64,000 nucleotides of DNA from the human T2T-CHM13v2.0 reference genome, Homo sapiens. How positions within the stretch are numbered: position 1 is the first letter of the stretch; each line of letters starts with the position of its first letter. The position numbers and the translations under genes were made by a program. The stretch lies in the NCBI RefSeq assembly GCF_009914755.1, contig NC_060926.1. One strand, written 5' to 3'. The notes under the pieces are model-generated. The model was not told where the DNA came from. It saw only the letters and a program-made list of their open reading frames with translations, and did not search any database. Below, piece after piece: positions 14,144 through 27,210 of the stretch.

Positions 14144-15363
14144 CTATGAAAGAAAAAAAAAAAGATTAAAAATGAACAAAGTAACGGTATCCATATCATG
14201 AAAACCATTTCTCCACTGGCTGACATTAGAATGAAACTCAGAAAAGATGTTAAAAATGGAGTGTCCCTTGAGATGAAGAAGCAAACTTTGCATTTATCTC
14301 CTGAACAGATGTGAAGTTTTACTACTTTTTAAGCATTAGAGAATAATTATGTATATTATGATTGATTCTCCCTCTCTGTGACTCATCTGTTGCTACTGAA
14401 AGAGACTTGGTAGATGTTGTCCAAAGGTAGCTTCAATAATGTCTTAATTATTGGTGTGTCTCTTAAAGATAAATGTGTCTTAAGAATAATTATATATCCT
14501 AACAAGTGACCACATCCTTCGATGTGTGGATCTGATCCTCCTTCACTAGAAGGCTGGGGATAAGGCAGAGGCAACACTAGCACAAGTATGCATTCCCTGA
14601 TCCCATCATGAAACACTGAAGCATGCCACCACGAGCTGAGGCTCTATTTTAAGTACCTGAGATAGTTAATAAAACAGAACATCCTGCCTTGAAGGAGTTT
14701 CTGTTCACATGGTTGCATCAACACAGACCATGACATTTGCAAAGGAACATCTCTTGGGTCATCGGGAAGGCAGCTGGTCCTGTAGCTCATATGCCTTCAA
14801 GTTAGTTTAAAACTATTTCAATCTATTCTAATTTGTCTAGTTGTTTCATGATCTAACAAGAATTATTAGAACCTTCAGCAATGCCTGGCTTGGAATTCCA
14901 ACTGTCCTCTTTAAGAACAAGCAAGCAGCTTTTTGTGGCTTCATTTCCTCAAGCTTGAGCTCTGCAACAGCATGGGAGTCAAGAGTTCAGGGCGGTCACA
15001 GGAGATCTTTGGCCTTTGAGGGCAGGGCCTAGAGAGGCTGAGATGGGGAAGTGGCGCCTGACTCTTCCCACCCACATTCACAAATATGTAAGTGTTCTAC
15101 TAAGTACTGTGGCAGTGACAATGATGACTAAGACATAGCTGTGTCTTCTGGAAGGAAATTCACAGAATACTGGGGGTGATGAAGTCATGTATTAAGTATA
15201 ACACTAGATAAGAGGGACATCCTGCAAGAATAACTTAAAAGATCACTAGAGGAGACATCTCCAAATCTAGGGGTGTACTTTGGGTAACGAACTCTAGTGC
15301 AAACTACACCAGAGGATTCAAAGGAGTAATATACTTTCCATAAGAGCCCATTTTGTCCACTTA

Positions 15364-15458
15364 TTCCTCCCTTCCTCCCTCCCTCCCTCCCTTCCTTCCT
15401 TCCTTCTTTCCTTCTTTCCTCCCTCCCTTCCTCTCTCCCTCTCTCCCTCACTCCTTTC
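15364..15458. repeat. (CCTT/CCCT)n polypyrimidine low-complexity repeat
   Basis: Directly visible. Confidence 0.9.
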
Positions 15459-17254
15459 AGAATTATGTAGGAACACCTACCACATGCTAGGTGGCACTGG
15501 CATTAGAAGTGGAAGGTGAACTGGAAAAAAAAAAAAAGAAATCCTCCCTACTTCAAGTCATTCTAACCTCCTCTTTGATAGTGAAGGACTTAAAGGGTTC
15601 CATTAATCAAGACAAACCGCAGGGGTTATCATGAGCCTTAAACCTCACAGGAATGTAAAACATACTCATTAATATCTATAAGCCCAAAGTCACTATTCAT
15701 TTGGTCTTAGAAGACAAAAGCAAAATAAAACAGGAGAAAGGCTTTTCATCATAAATTATGCATAGCCTGATACTACATCAAGTAAAATCTCTAGTAAATA
15801 AGCAACCCCTTTTATCTCCAGACAGAACTAGACATGTTGTTATGTTGCTCTTCAGCTGTGTAATGACTTTGGCCTCCCTCTGCATGTCTAGCAATTGTTT
15901 ACAAGCATTAAAGACAGGAAAGGTGTATTCCTGCCTGGATTTGACAAGCATTAGCATTATTTGTGTTAGATATGTATTACTCAAAATTGAAAGGAGCTAA
16001 AAAGGAAAAAAGAGTCTTTGATCTATTAAGAAAGAGATCTACTAAGAGTTTTATTGAACTCTGTTTGTAATATTTAGTAGAGACAGAAGGATTATTATAC
16101 TTCAAATCCTGATTTCACAATGACACACAAGCCAAGCAATCAAATATAATAGGGGAATGTAAACTAATAAAAACACACAAAATACAAATAAATTCCACTA
16201 AAAATTAAAATGAAAAAAACAAAACCAACCTAGCCACACCTGCATGTTTGTCTTTCTCAATCCATACCATACTCAGACTGGGCTGCATGGGTCACCCCTC
16301 AGTTGACACTGCCTTGCTCTCAGCCACATCCGGTGTTGAAGCCAGTGTGTGGAGGAGAGGGAGTGCTCCAACAAGGATCTGATTCTGAAACCCCACAGCA
16401 CACAGGCCAGGGCTGAGAAAATAGCTAGTGGCTAATAAATGCTGATCCATGGACTAACACGGCATGTGCCTTCTACAACTACCTGGAGGCTGAGTCTCAA
16501 CTGCTGAAGGTCAAGAAACGCCCCTTCCTCCCACTGGCCTCCCTAGTTCCTGTGACCCATCCTGTAATAGGTCCTCTTCCTCTTGATCTCCCCCTGGTTC
16601 CTTCCAACCATAGCTTCCTTAGTTAGGTTCCTACGGAACCTGACTTACCTTTGCCTCCATAAACTATGTGTACATTATAATATATAACATGTTTACAAGC
16701 ACTGCTTCCATATTACTAGAAAGATACCTGGTCATAATTACTAGACAGATACCTGATCATCAGACAATTCACATTGGACACATCCCTATTCCTCCTACAC
16801 TAGTTCCATTTCTGTTTCTAATAACACCATAACTAAAACACAGCTTCTTTGTTAAAATAGCCATTATTGCATTCCTTTCACTATCTGACTTGAGGTCAAA
16901 TGTAAATCTGTAAACTAAGATGCAATCTGTTGAGTCACTGAAAGAAGGAAGGAACACATGAATATGATAGTAATCAAATATAACTGTTGTTAGCTGTACC
17001 ATTTTTCTCCCAAAGGACAAACATGAAGGCCCTTAAAAGGTATTTTGTTTCAGAGCTTCATGAAATAAAATTTCAAGCAAGTTCATCATCAAAAAGTGGA
17101 AACCCCATTTTGGTGTGAAAGGGTTCTTTCTAGTGTTTAATTACAAATTGTAAGGCAGGGAATTGATTAGAGTCTTTGAGCTTCCCAACAAACCCCACGT
17201 TTCTATTTATACATCACCCAGTACTGAAGTGTGTCATCATTTCCCAGCACTTGC

Positions 17255-17364
17255 CTTTTTGAGGACACTGTCCAGGGTCTCTGGTCTACTGATGTCAAAG
17301 CAAATCAGCACAGCATCCGAATCAGGGTAAGAGAGGGGGCGGACATTGTCATAGTAAGGAGAAC
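17255..17364 (-). CDS. RND3: RND3 coding exon 3 (aa 80-116; [37 protein letters not shown])
   Basis: Acceptor TTCTTCTCAG|GT; 110 nt; ends AAG|GCAAGT (GC donor). Not in the ORF track, translated by hand. Confidence 0.96.
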
Positions 17365-17679
17365 CTGAGAAGAAACAAAGACACACAAATTTTCAGATGA
17401 GAGTCCCCTTGTCTGTCATGCATTAACTCTACCCTTTCCGGCTAAGTCCTTTGACTGTCACATCACGACCCAACTCCCACTTCCCCTAATTCTTGGAAAA
17501 GAATTCAAACAGACACACAAAAGCCTGCTTAGAAATATATGATGAATGAAGCCTCACATGTGTCTGACATAAATTCAAGAAGAGGGCCAGGATCTTAAGT
17601 GAAATCTGTATGGTTCAAAGACTAGGGCCTGAAGTTACCTGGGTGAAGTAGGGAAGCACCTGGGGCCAGGTGGTCTTGT

Positions 17680-17850
17680 GTGTAAACCTGCCTCCACCAC
17701 TAAAAAGGGAGGGGGCAAGGTAGCTTTAGGACCCTGTGCCTCTGATTCTTCACTCATAAAATGAAGATGCTGACAACATACATACCTGAGATTAAGTAAA
17801 CCCAGGCAGGGCCTGGCTTTTAGTAAGGGATCAATACGTATTAACTATGG
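17680..17850 (+). mobile_element. MIR fragment
   Basis: CTGTGCCTCTGATTCTTCACTCATAAAATG core similarity. Confidence 0.5.
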
Positions 17851-20800
17851 GCATTATGGTTGTATTACCGCTGTTAAAAGCTGAGTGGTAGCAAGAACCA
17901 TAAACTGAACTACTTCTTGGGAAAGAGACCAAAACTCAAGATCAATTCTGACAGCAGGATAGGGGTGAATGAGGGAGAGAGGAAGAGGAAGGGTTCAACT
18001 ATGCAAAGAGAAACCACATCAGTGTTACCCATCTCCAAGATGTAAGTTTACATAGGCCATTGACCTTTGAGCTTGCTTATTTTAACTTATCGCCAAACCC
18101 TATATAGATTTTCTTCCTGTTACAATCAAGAATGTAATAAATGTCGTATAGGATCATGTCGCTTTTTTACAGAGTCCCATCTCTGAGAGTGACACTGAGG
18201 CATGATCTAAGGATCTTAACCTGAATTAAGTCCAGGGTACCCTAAAGGTTCAAGGCACCAGCCAATTAATTTAACCACAGAACTCTCTAGTCAATCAAGG
18301 AAGTTTCTTCTATTTCTTTAAGAATTCCAAAGGATGGGCAATTACATGAGGCCTATAGTTATGAAATGATTGACTAGAAAACTAAATACAGCCTGCCAAA
18401 TGCCGCTTGTTTAAGAAATCATTTTCCGTATGCTGACATTTCACAAGCATCACATGAAAATGATTTTACTAGGCAAATATATACACACGTATGTATCTGA
18501 CTCCAGAGTAGAAAAAGAAAATCTAAACCACCAAACTCTTTTTAAAAGTCTATTTCATTTTGACATCACTTTCCATTTTGAGCAGAAAAACAGGACATGT
18601 TGTCCCTTGATAAATCAAAACCTCAATAGGCAAAGTCAGGAAGAGAGACTTAAAAAGCAGCTTTAGAAAAAATGTCACTGTTTATATTTCTATCAAAACA
18701 ACATTTGCTTGGAGGCTGTTCTTGTGATCTAAAAGGCACTATAGTCAGGGGGCATCGCCCTCTATTCACACAGTACACTCTGGGTCCCTGGCATCTGCTA
18801 TGGAACCCCAGGCAACAGTGCAGCTTTTTCTCTAGCTCCTTTACGATGGAGAGTGACAACTTCAAGCCACGTGTGTCTGCTAAGCAAGGAAGAAAAGAAT
18901 GTTACAAGAATCAGGAAGAAAAGTGTGAATAAATAGAGAATTAAGTCAGAGCTGTTCATGAGCTGCAGCAGCTGCCTACCCACATCTGGAACCAGGACCC
19001 TGGTAGAGCAGAGGCTGACAGCTGAAAGATATTTCCCAGAAGCTTAAAGCGTTTAGAGTTTAAAAAGTCAAGTCATTTTAAGTATGAAGGTATATTAGAA
19101 TGAGGCCGTCTCTGAAAATGACAAGCTGTGGCTGCCTTTTCAGTCGCTGAAAGTACTCTGAGGTGAAGAGAATAATTCACAAATAGTTCACCCATTTGAA
19201 CATTCGAAAGGCATCAGAAACGAGATGGTTGAACACTATTTATGGCTACATTAGTATTTCCATATTAGTTCTAAGAAGTTCACACTTTCTCAACTAGAAC
19301 CTTTCCTGTTTCTGTGTCCAAAGTCTAACTCTAGCACGGCACCTGCTGTAAACATTTGAATGACTCTTTCCAAACAGGCAGTCAGAAAATTCTAGATCAT
19401 AGAGTGGAGCTCCAAATACTGGACATATAAATGAGAGTTTCCTCTACTCCTCAAAGTCCGCGAGAGACAACCTGATCCCAGACCCAGGAAGGCAAAGCTG
19501 CCAACAGTTAGGATTGTCAGAAACCTAACGAGGCTTCAGAGATCTCCTTTCCCAGAAATCACTCACATTAGGAAAAACCACTCTCTCCCTGTGGAGAGCT
19601 TCCAGTACAAGCAGACCTGGTATCTTTAGAGAACTGTTCCAGGTACCTACCAGCTCCTTTCAGGATACGATTTGTATGATGTTAGAGTACTCACTGCTAA
19701 TTCCAGATGTAATACTGCTCTATGACAATGGAGACCATCTTTTCCAAATAAAAAAATTAGGAAAAGCGATTGAAGAAATACAAAGAGGATAAAAGAGTTT
19801 AATTAAAATTGAGACTGCCAGGAAAATCCTGAGGAATGGTTTCAACATTCAGGCCACCACATGACTGCTGGGAATACCCCTCCCCCCTTTGTGGACTATG
19901 TTTCCCGTCCCCCACCCATTTTATGGCCACAAAGGAGATCTGGCTTTGTGCTCAGCCCTGAGTCACCTGCTGGAGACTGCTACCTACTAAAATCAAGTGG
20001 GCTGGCTTCTGTGCTTAGTGCATATATCTAAATATCTGCAAACTTTAGACTCTGGCCTGATTTTAAAATGAAACGGAGTTCTCCAGTTAAACCAGATTTT
20101 CAGGGAAGTTTGTATCTGCTTTTGTTTTTATCCGGTTAACAGTATAAGTGAAAATACATATGTAGTGCAAAGGTTTATGAGAAATAAACCACCGTGCTTG
20201 TGGAGGTAGACAGGTAATTTTTAAGAGGTTTAACATGATCTAATTAGGGATGACACTTTGATCCCATTCTATTACTTTTGCTAATGAACAGTGCTGCTTT
20301 TAGATCAACACGAGTGTCCAAAGGTACTAGTAAAACTGATTCCCATATTTCTTAGTTATAAGCATAATTTGACTGCCAATGACAAGAGTAATTTATTTAA
20401 AATAACAAGACCATTTATTCACTATATTTTTGATAGGTTAAGTTTATCTTGTCTTAGATAGAAATATCTATTGTCTCTATTTATTCACAGTGAAAAATAT
20501 TGATATAGAATTATCAAGAACTGTCCCACCAGGAAAGATGTAAGTCATCAGCTCAGCAGGACTTTCAGGATAAAAAAAAAAACAAAGCAAAACAAAAAAC
20601 AAAAACACTCACACACAAAAACACCTCCTGTGTAACTTTACAGTGTTTACTCTGTGTTTAAGCACTTGGAATCCTTCCTTTTCTTCCCCATAAAGCCCAA
20701 GAGACTGCACAAAGGAAGTAAGGCAAGCAAAGCTGGAGAGGGCACGGTGGAATCACAGGTATGCGTGAGACAACGCATGCCAAAAAAAAAGGAAGAGGAA

Positions 20801-23800
20801 TTCCAGAAATGACTCTGTGAAGTGAGAAGCAATAAAGAGGGGCAGAAATGACACCAAAGGAAGGAGCTGAAAGTAAGTGGGTAAAGCAGGAACAATACCT
20901 GCCCCTAACTCCTATATCCCTCCAGAAAAGTCTTACAACACCCTGTGAAGCCAAACGGCAAAAAAAAAAAAAAAAAAAATTAACTTCTATAGGTGTTTTT
21001 AAAAGATGCACATGAAAAACTCCCAAGGTGCTAACTGTAGAACTAAACACAGCACAAGCAGGAGGGCTCAACAATTTTTACTAAGTATGAAAGTATTCAA
21101 CTTTAACTGCAGTACATGGTAGGTATTGATATACACAGAGTATGTGCTCTAGTACCTAAGAATGCACTAAAGTCCAATAACATTTAGGGACTGCGTTTGG
21201 CTTGTCAAATGAAACTCTTTTTCAGCATGTGGAATAGGCTTCATGCATATGGAAATTCTCAGATGCAGCATTTCTCTGGTACTATATGAAACTTTTAAGC
21301 TCGCAACCCTATTCCAAGGTCCTTTTTAAGTAACCTGCCACACCTCTGAAGGAAAAACTTAGGGAAACTCTATATTGTAAAGAAACAACTACACTATATA
21401 TGCAAAATGTGTACCCCGCTCACCCAGAAAATATAGTTGAAAGGCTTTGCTGGGGGTAGATTGGAACAAGTGTACACTTGGGGTTCTCTGAGTTGCTCAA
21501 GTTTGGCAAACATCAGCAAAGTTCTAGAGAGCTTTTGAAATTTCAGATCTACCCATCTTTGTATTCAAGATCATTAATTCTGGGTGAGAGCAAAATTTCC
21601 AGCCAAAGAATAGTCACAACGTGCCTCACCCAGAAACTAATTCTTCAGACACATACCTGCCTGCTGAAGTCACCCTTTCGCAAATATAGAACACACCATA
21701 TATGTACATAATTAAATGTATATGTAAGAAGATTCATGCCCAAAAGGAAGGCTTTATGGAACCTTTTGCAAAGTACCAGTTTAAACACTGTGAGGCTTTA
21801 GAGGAGTTGGAGAACTGAAAACTCTTCTTGTTGAATATTTCATAAATATAATTTATTTAACTTGAACCTTCATCTGAAAAGCTTCCCTTTCCCCCTTAAG
21901 AAATTTTTACCAAGAAGAGTAAGCTAAAGCTATTGCATATTTTTGGCAGAGAAAAGTAGATTAACTTTTGGTATATTTAGTGACCACCATGAGCACATCT
22001 GAACGCAGCAGCAGCTAACATGTGAGAGGGCATGATCTGCCCAATTATTACAAGATTGCATTTCCTCATGCCATCTCTAATCAGAGGAAAAGGTTTAAAT
22101 TAGCAGCAATCTCAAGAATGTGAATCAAGTCTGGGCAGAACTTTTGTATCTGACTCAGTGTAAGACTGTTTAGTTCTTGTTTCAAGTAGTCTGCACAACA
22201 AATACCATGCCTGCAAATATGCAACAAACACTCCCAGGAAGAATATGTTTGTTTCTTCCATGGATTCAGGTAATAGGAACTATGAACAGATCTTATAAAA
22301 TTTTGTGGGCATTTATGTGTTGCTATTAAAATGGAATAAAGATTTTCTATTTCTGGGGGCAATGTAGATACAAAATTAGAAAGTCAGACAGGTAGATATG
22401 TTTGGCCTTTAAATAAAGTTTAGCTTTAAACTCCTAATCTTATTGAGGTACTTAAAAATATGTAAGAATCAAAATATTTTACTGACAGTGGAACCATGGT
22501 TAAGTCAAGAGCTTTAGGGAAAAGAGTATATGTATATGAATATGCCTAAAAGTAAATAGGGATAATGGATTCAAGTTTTTGTTTCATATGATATCTAAGA
22601 ATCAGATTTCTTGGAGTAGAATCCCATGAGTGAATTCATCTTTCCACAAACTATGTCATCAGGCTCATTTTTCAAAACCAATGTGCACAACACCTGGTCA
22701 AACTTCTGCGTCAACTACATTCCGTGTCAATAAAATGTTTGCTTTGCCAAGGGAGACTCTGAGAAAGTGACCAATATGTAGCAACTGAGAAGTCATTTAA
22801 AGGACATCAGAAAATGACTGAGCCACGACTAATTCATTTGGCAGAGCCCGCCAGGCACCATGAGCTAACTGGAGAAAGTATTGGTTCTTGGTGTCATATT
22901 TACATGCAAAAGAACTGGATTAATGAGGAAACATCTGGTTATTTCGGGTGTTATCAGAATGACCAATTTGGATGCTTCATTGAAATGTGCAACTTAGCAA
23001 GAAACCAGATTGGAAAAAAAACAGCACTAAATGCGGCTAAAAAAAAAAAATCTACAGACAGATGTAGACTTAGAAAGAGCATTCATACTGCCCCCTCCCC
23101 TTTTTAGGAGGTTCCTTGGTTTAAATGGAAATTACTGCATGGTGGACAAATCTCCAAATGCAGTTTTATGTACTGCTTATTGGAAACCACCATACAAACT
23201 ATCTGTTTTACCTTAACCCAGGTCTTTTACATAAGAGTTTCAGTGTGAAAACTCGTTAAGAATTAAACCTAGTTTTGAAACCCTAAGCTCCAATGGATCA
23301 TTACTACCTGATGAAATGCTTGGTTTCCTGCAATTTCACAGTTGATATTCAAATCCCAAGCATCCATGCTTCTCTGGCTCCTTCATAAATTCTTAACCTC
23401 TTCCTTTCTCCAAGAACGTTAATTTAAGTTATAATTCTCAGCTTCCAGAATCTTGTTTTATCTGAGAGCCACTAAATGTAAGCGAGTTTCCACGTGGAAG
23501 AAACGTTAAAAACTTCTTAGAACTTAGTCAACTTCTAGAAAGGAAGGGAATTGTGGTGGGCCTCAATGACCATTAAGTCATGAGTTAGGGAGCCTGGGCT
23601 GCCCTGGTGGCCTTCAAGAACTCTTTGGATCTTGTTGCTCCTTGAAAAATCCAGGTTTAGAACCTCCGGGCTCACCATCCTATAAACAGGTATTACAGCA
23701 CTAGACAGGAGGAAGTCTTTCTATGTCCTCTGTTTGTCCTGTGGGTATTCAAAGAAGGTTGTCAGGGAAGAAGGATGTCTTTACCCTGTTCAAATCTCAG

Positions 23801-26800
23801 TCTACTGGCATCTCCTCTCACCTAAACACCTGACACTTAATCCGGGCTTCTCATTTGATTTCTTTTGTTAGTTTGGGAAAGCCTGAATATTTTAAATTTT
23901 ATTGTCACTCATGTTTTCACCATGTCTGTCTTATCACATGGTGAAACTGTGAGTACCTAAGGGCAGAAGCTGCTCTCACCCAGCTCTGTACTCCTCCCAT
24001 AGCATCTAGCAGATTGTATGCACACAGAAAGCACTAAACCATGTTTACTGGTTTTATAATCATTTTTATGTCTTGTCTAGATGTGTTCATTTATATGCTA
24101 AATCACCAAAAAAAAAGGGGAGGGGGAGAGAGAGAGCAGTGATCCCCTTTTAAGCTGCTTTTCTGGATTAATTATATACTAATCTCCAATACTGCTGAAC
24201 CATTTCCATCCCTGTTAAGAAATATTTCATTAGAGAGCTTGTCACCAAGACCATTCTTCATACTTGATGTACAATAATCTAAATATAACAGCTTAGATAG
24301 ACTTCTGTTTATAGAGAAGTTTGTCCTCATATTAAGGCCATTAGGTAACTAAGATATTTTTCCTCTCTTTTTCTCTAAGAAATAAAGGATACCACCTTAA
24401 GTGTTAGTAATGCTAAAAACTAAAATAGGAAGTACTAACTTTAGCACTCAGGGCTTAAAAGAAACTTGGATCATGACAAGATTCGAAAGAGTGTTCATGA
24501 GGCAATAGCATAGTTATTGTGGGGAATTTAGCAGCTGAATTGAATATGTTAAAAGTAATAATAAGCCTTAAATAAAATGTGCATTAACTTGCCTTGGTTA
24601 AAAAGCTGGAATGAATGATTATTACTCCCTAAATCACATGTGCTGAAATTACACTGCAATCAAATCTCTTAGGAAAAGATACAGTGATCCTTAAATGACT
24701 ACATTTCTATTATTAGTAGGCATTTGGCTTCATGCTACAAATTACTTCTATGCTTGGCAAATGTGGCCAATTTTGAAGCACAAGATATTAGAATTACTTT
24801 GGTCTTACTTATTACTTCACAATTGAAACTATTACCCATTGTTTGGCAGAAACTCATTGGGTGAAATTTGAAAATCAATGGGAGCATTTCTGCAACTATT
24901 AAGAATGTTCATTTTATAATGAAAAATATTTTTTAGGAAAATGAAGAAGTTATGGGCCTTAAAAATTCCCTCTTTTAGATGATTCCTACAGCATTTTTAC
25001 AAAGGTTTTGTTTACTTTTGTTGGGGGGGCTGGAGTACTGTAGCCCTAAGAATTGACTGGCAAAATGCCTTTTGTAGTTGCTTTAACTGGTGTGTGCAAT
25101 GGGCGGGGGTGGGGGGGGCGGTGCGGGGGTAGCTGTTTCCTATCTGAAGAGGATCCAGAGGATCTATAAGCCCTAGGATGTCTGACAAAGGAAAAACATT
25201 GCAACCAAGTGGAAAAGGGCACTGGGGTTCAAGGACCTGACAAAATTAGGTGCATCATGAGTTGTTAATGAAATACACGCTAAACCAGAAGAGCTTCTTT
25301 TTCTCCATTACCCCACCTGAACTGTCTGCTTCTTAGGAGCAGGACCATGCTTAATTAACACTGTATCTCTAAGGTCTTGACAGAGGGCCTGTTTATAGTG
25401 GATGCGGGAAAAAAGGAAGAGATGGATGGAGAAAGGGAGAAAGGAAGGAAATATTAAGTTACTGTGCCTTAAAAAGCAGGAAATTATTTTTTTTTCTTGG
25501 TGCAAAGAGACTTCACATATCCTACTTTCACTTGGTAGTCTTTCTCACATCCAAATTGGCAGAGTTTGCCTATGCATGATCATGACTGCTGGGGGCAAAA
25601 GTAGACCCCTTATGAGAAGCTGTCCAACTAAAGAGGCCAGATAAGAGAGGAACTGTTTCTGTCTTCTAAATGGTTGCCCTTCTGCTAGGAGGGTAAACAG
25701 GACAGGAAATATCATTCAAAGGACAATGTTCATCCCGTATCTCTCCCTATATAAGAGCAGTCAGGCACACCCAATTTTTCCTATATAAGTCTCTTTCACA
25801 AAGTTCTAGGAGGGAAATAAAAAGTGCAATTTATCTGACATTTAGAACTTTACAGACTTGGCTGGGATCTTTTCTCCAGAGTTATATTGATGGCCTTTGG
25901 AAAAAATAAATGTATCAAGAGGCATAAGGCATATGCAATTATTTTTACAATCTGAACTAAATAAATGTTTTAGTGGGCAAAGAAAATGTCAAACATTTAC
26001 CAAAAAATAGTCCTGTCCAGAAATTTGCCATGAAAAGCTTGGAATTAAATGGAAAAATGTTAAAGATCCTTGAAATAATTAGTTGCTGATTCAATGGTTC
26101 CTGCTAGATATAAACAACAAATCACTTTTGATGGAAACAGGCTATTCTTAGAATTTAAGTAAGCAGTGCTTGGTGACTGTGTTTAACTAACTAACATTTC
26201 ACCTCATGAACAACATAATGGAATTCTAAATAATTCCCTTATGCCTCTTTTTTCCATTTGTTTAAATCTAAATTCTAACTAAGATTTCATTACCGGATAA
26301 TTTTGCAGTACAAAATTTTCTTCATCACATTTTCAAACCTTTATATTTTAGTTAAACATACATAAGTTTTGGTTTCATTAAATAAAAAGACAAGTGATTA
26401 TTTCACTACAAATTCATTTCAGATGATTATCTTTAATTCGATGAAAGGCAATGTTTATAAAGTTGCCATTCTTTGTGCACAGGTAATTCAGTGTGAATAA
26501 ATGTCAGGGAACCTCATCTCCTTGGCAACTATGCATATCATTACTCATTTACTCATTCATCAGATTTTATTGGATAACTGCTGTATGCAAGGCATTGTGC
26601 TATGTGTGCAGAGTCTACGAACTGCAGAGTTTTGATTAAATGCATGAAGATACCTGAAGTGGTATTTACCTGCACATACGAAGGACAGCCTCCAACTACA
26701 AACTGCCCACATTTTGGTTTATGTTCTAGCCTTTATCAAACAATGTGCCTTTTCTCCCCTAAAAGAATCAATTTAGCCCTTTAGGCATCTATTCCGAAAT

Positions 26801-27094
26801 ATCCATTGGTGGTCCTGTCACTCTTGAAGCTTGAGATAGGAAATGTATAGCCCAGCATTCCTATAAGCCCACCCATTCCCCCTCCCTGTCCAGATGGGTT
26901 TCATTCCTAAATCCACCAGGAAGCCTGGCTCTGCCCAGAACCTGGCTTGCTTTGCAGGCTGTGAAAACCCCAGCACGGGATGCCAGATCCCCTAAGACTA
27001 AGAGCTGAAGCCAACCAACATCCTGGGAAACAAAAAGACCTGCCTGTCCAGCGTAATAAAGCCAAGAAGTGTACAGCTGGGAGAGATCCTGCAC

Positions 27095-27210
27095 ATCATC
27101 TAGCTCAGTGTCCTCTTTTTACAGATGATGAAAATGAGACCCAGGGAGATAGGGGATTTGCACACAGAAATCCATGGTAACCAGGAGCTAAGATCTAAAC
27201 ACAGCTTTGT
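27095..27210 (-). mobile_element. MIR fragment
   Basis: TTTTACAGATGATGAAAATGAGACCCAG core. Confidence 0.65.
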
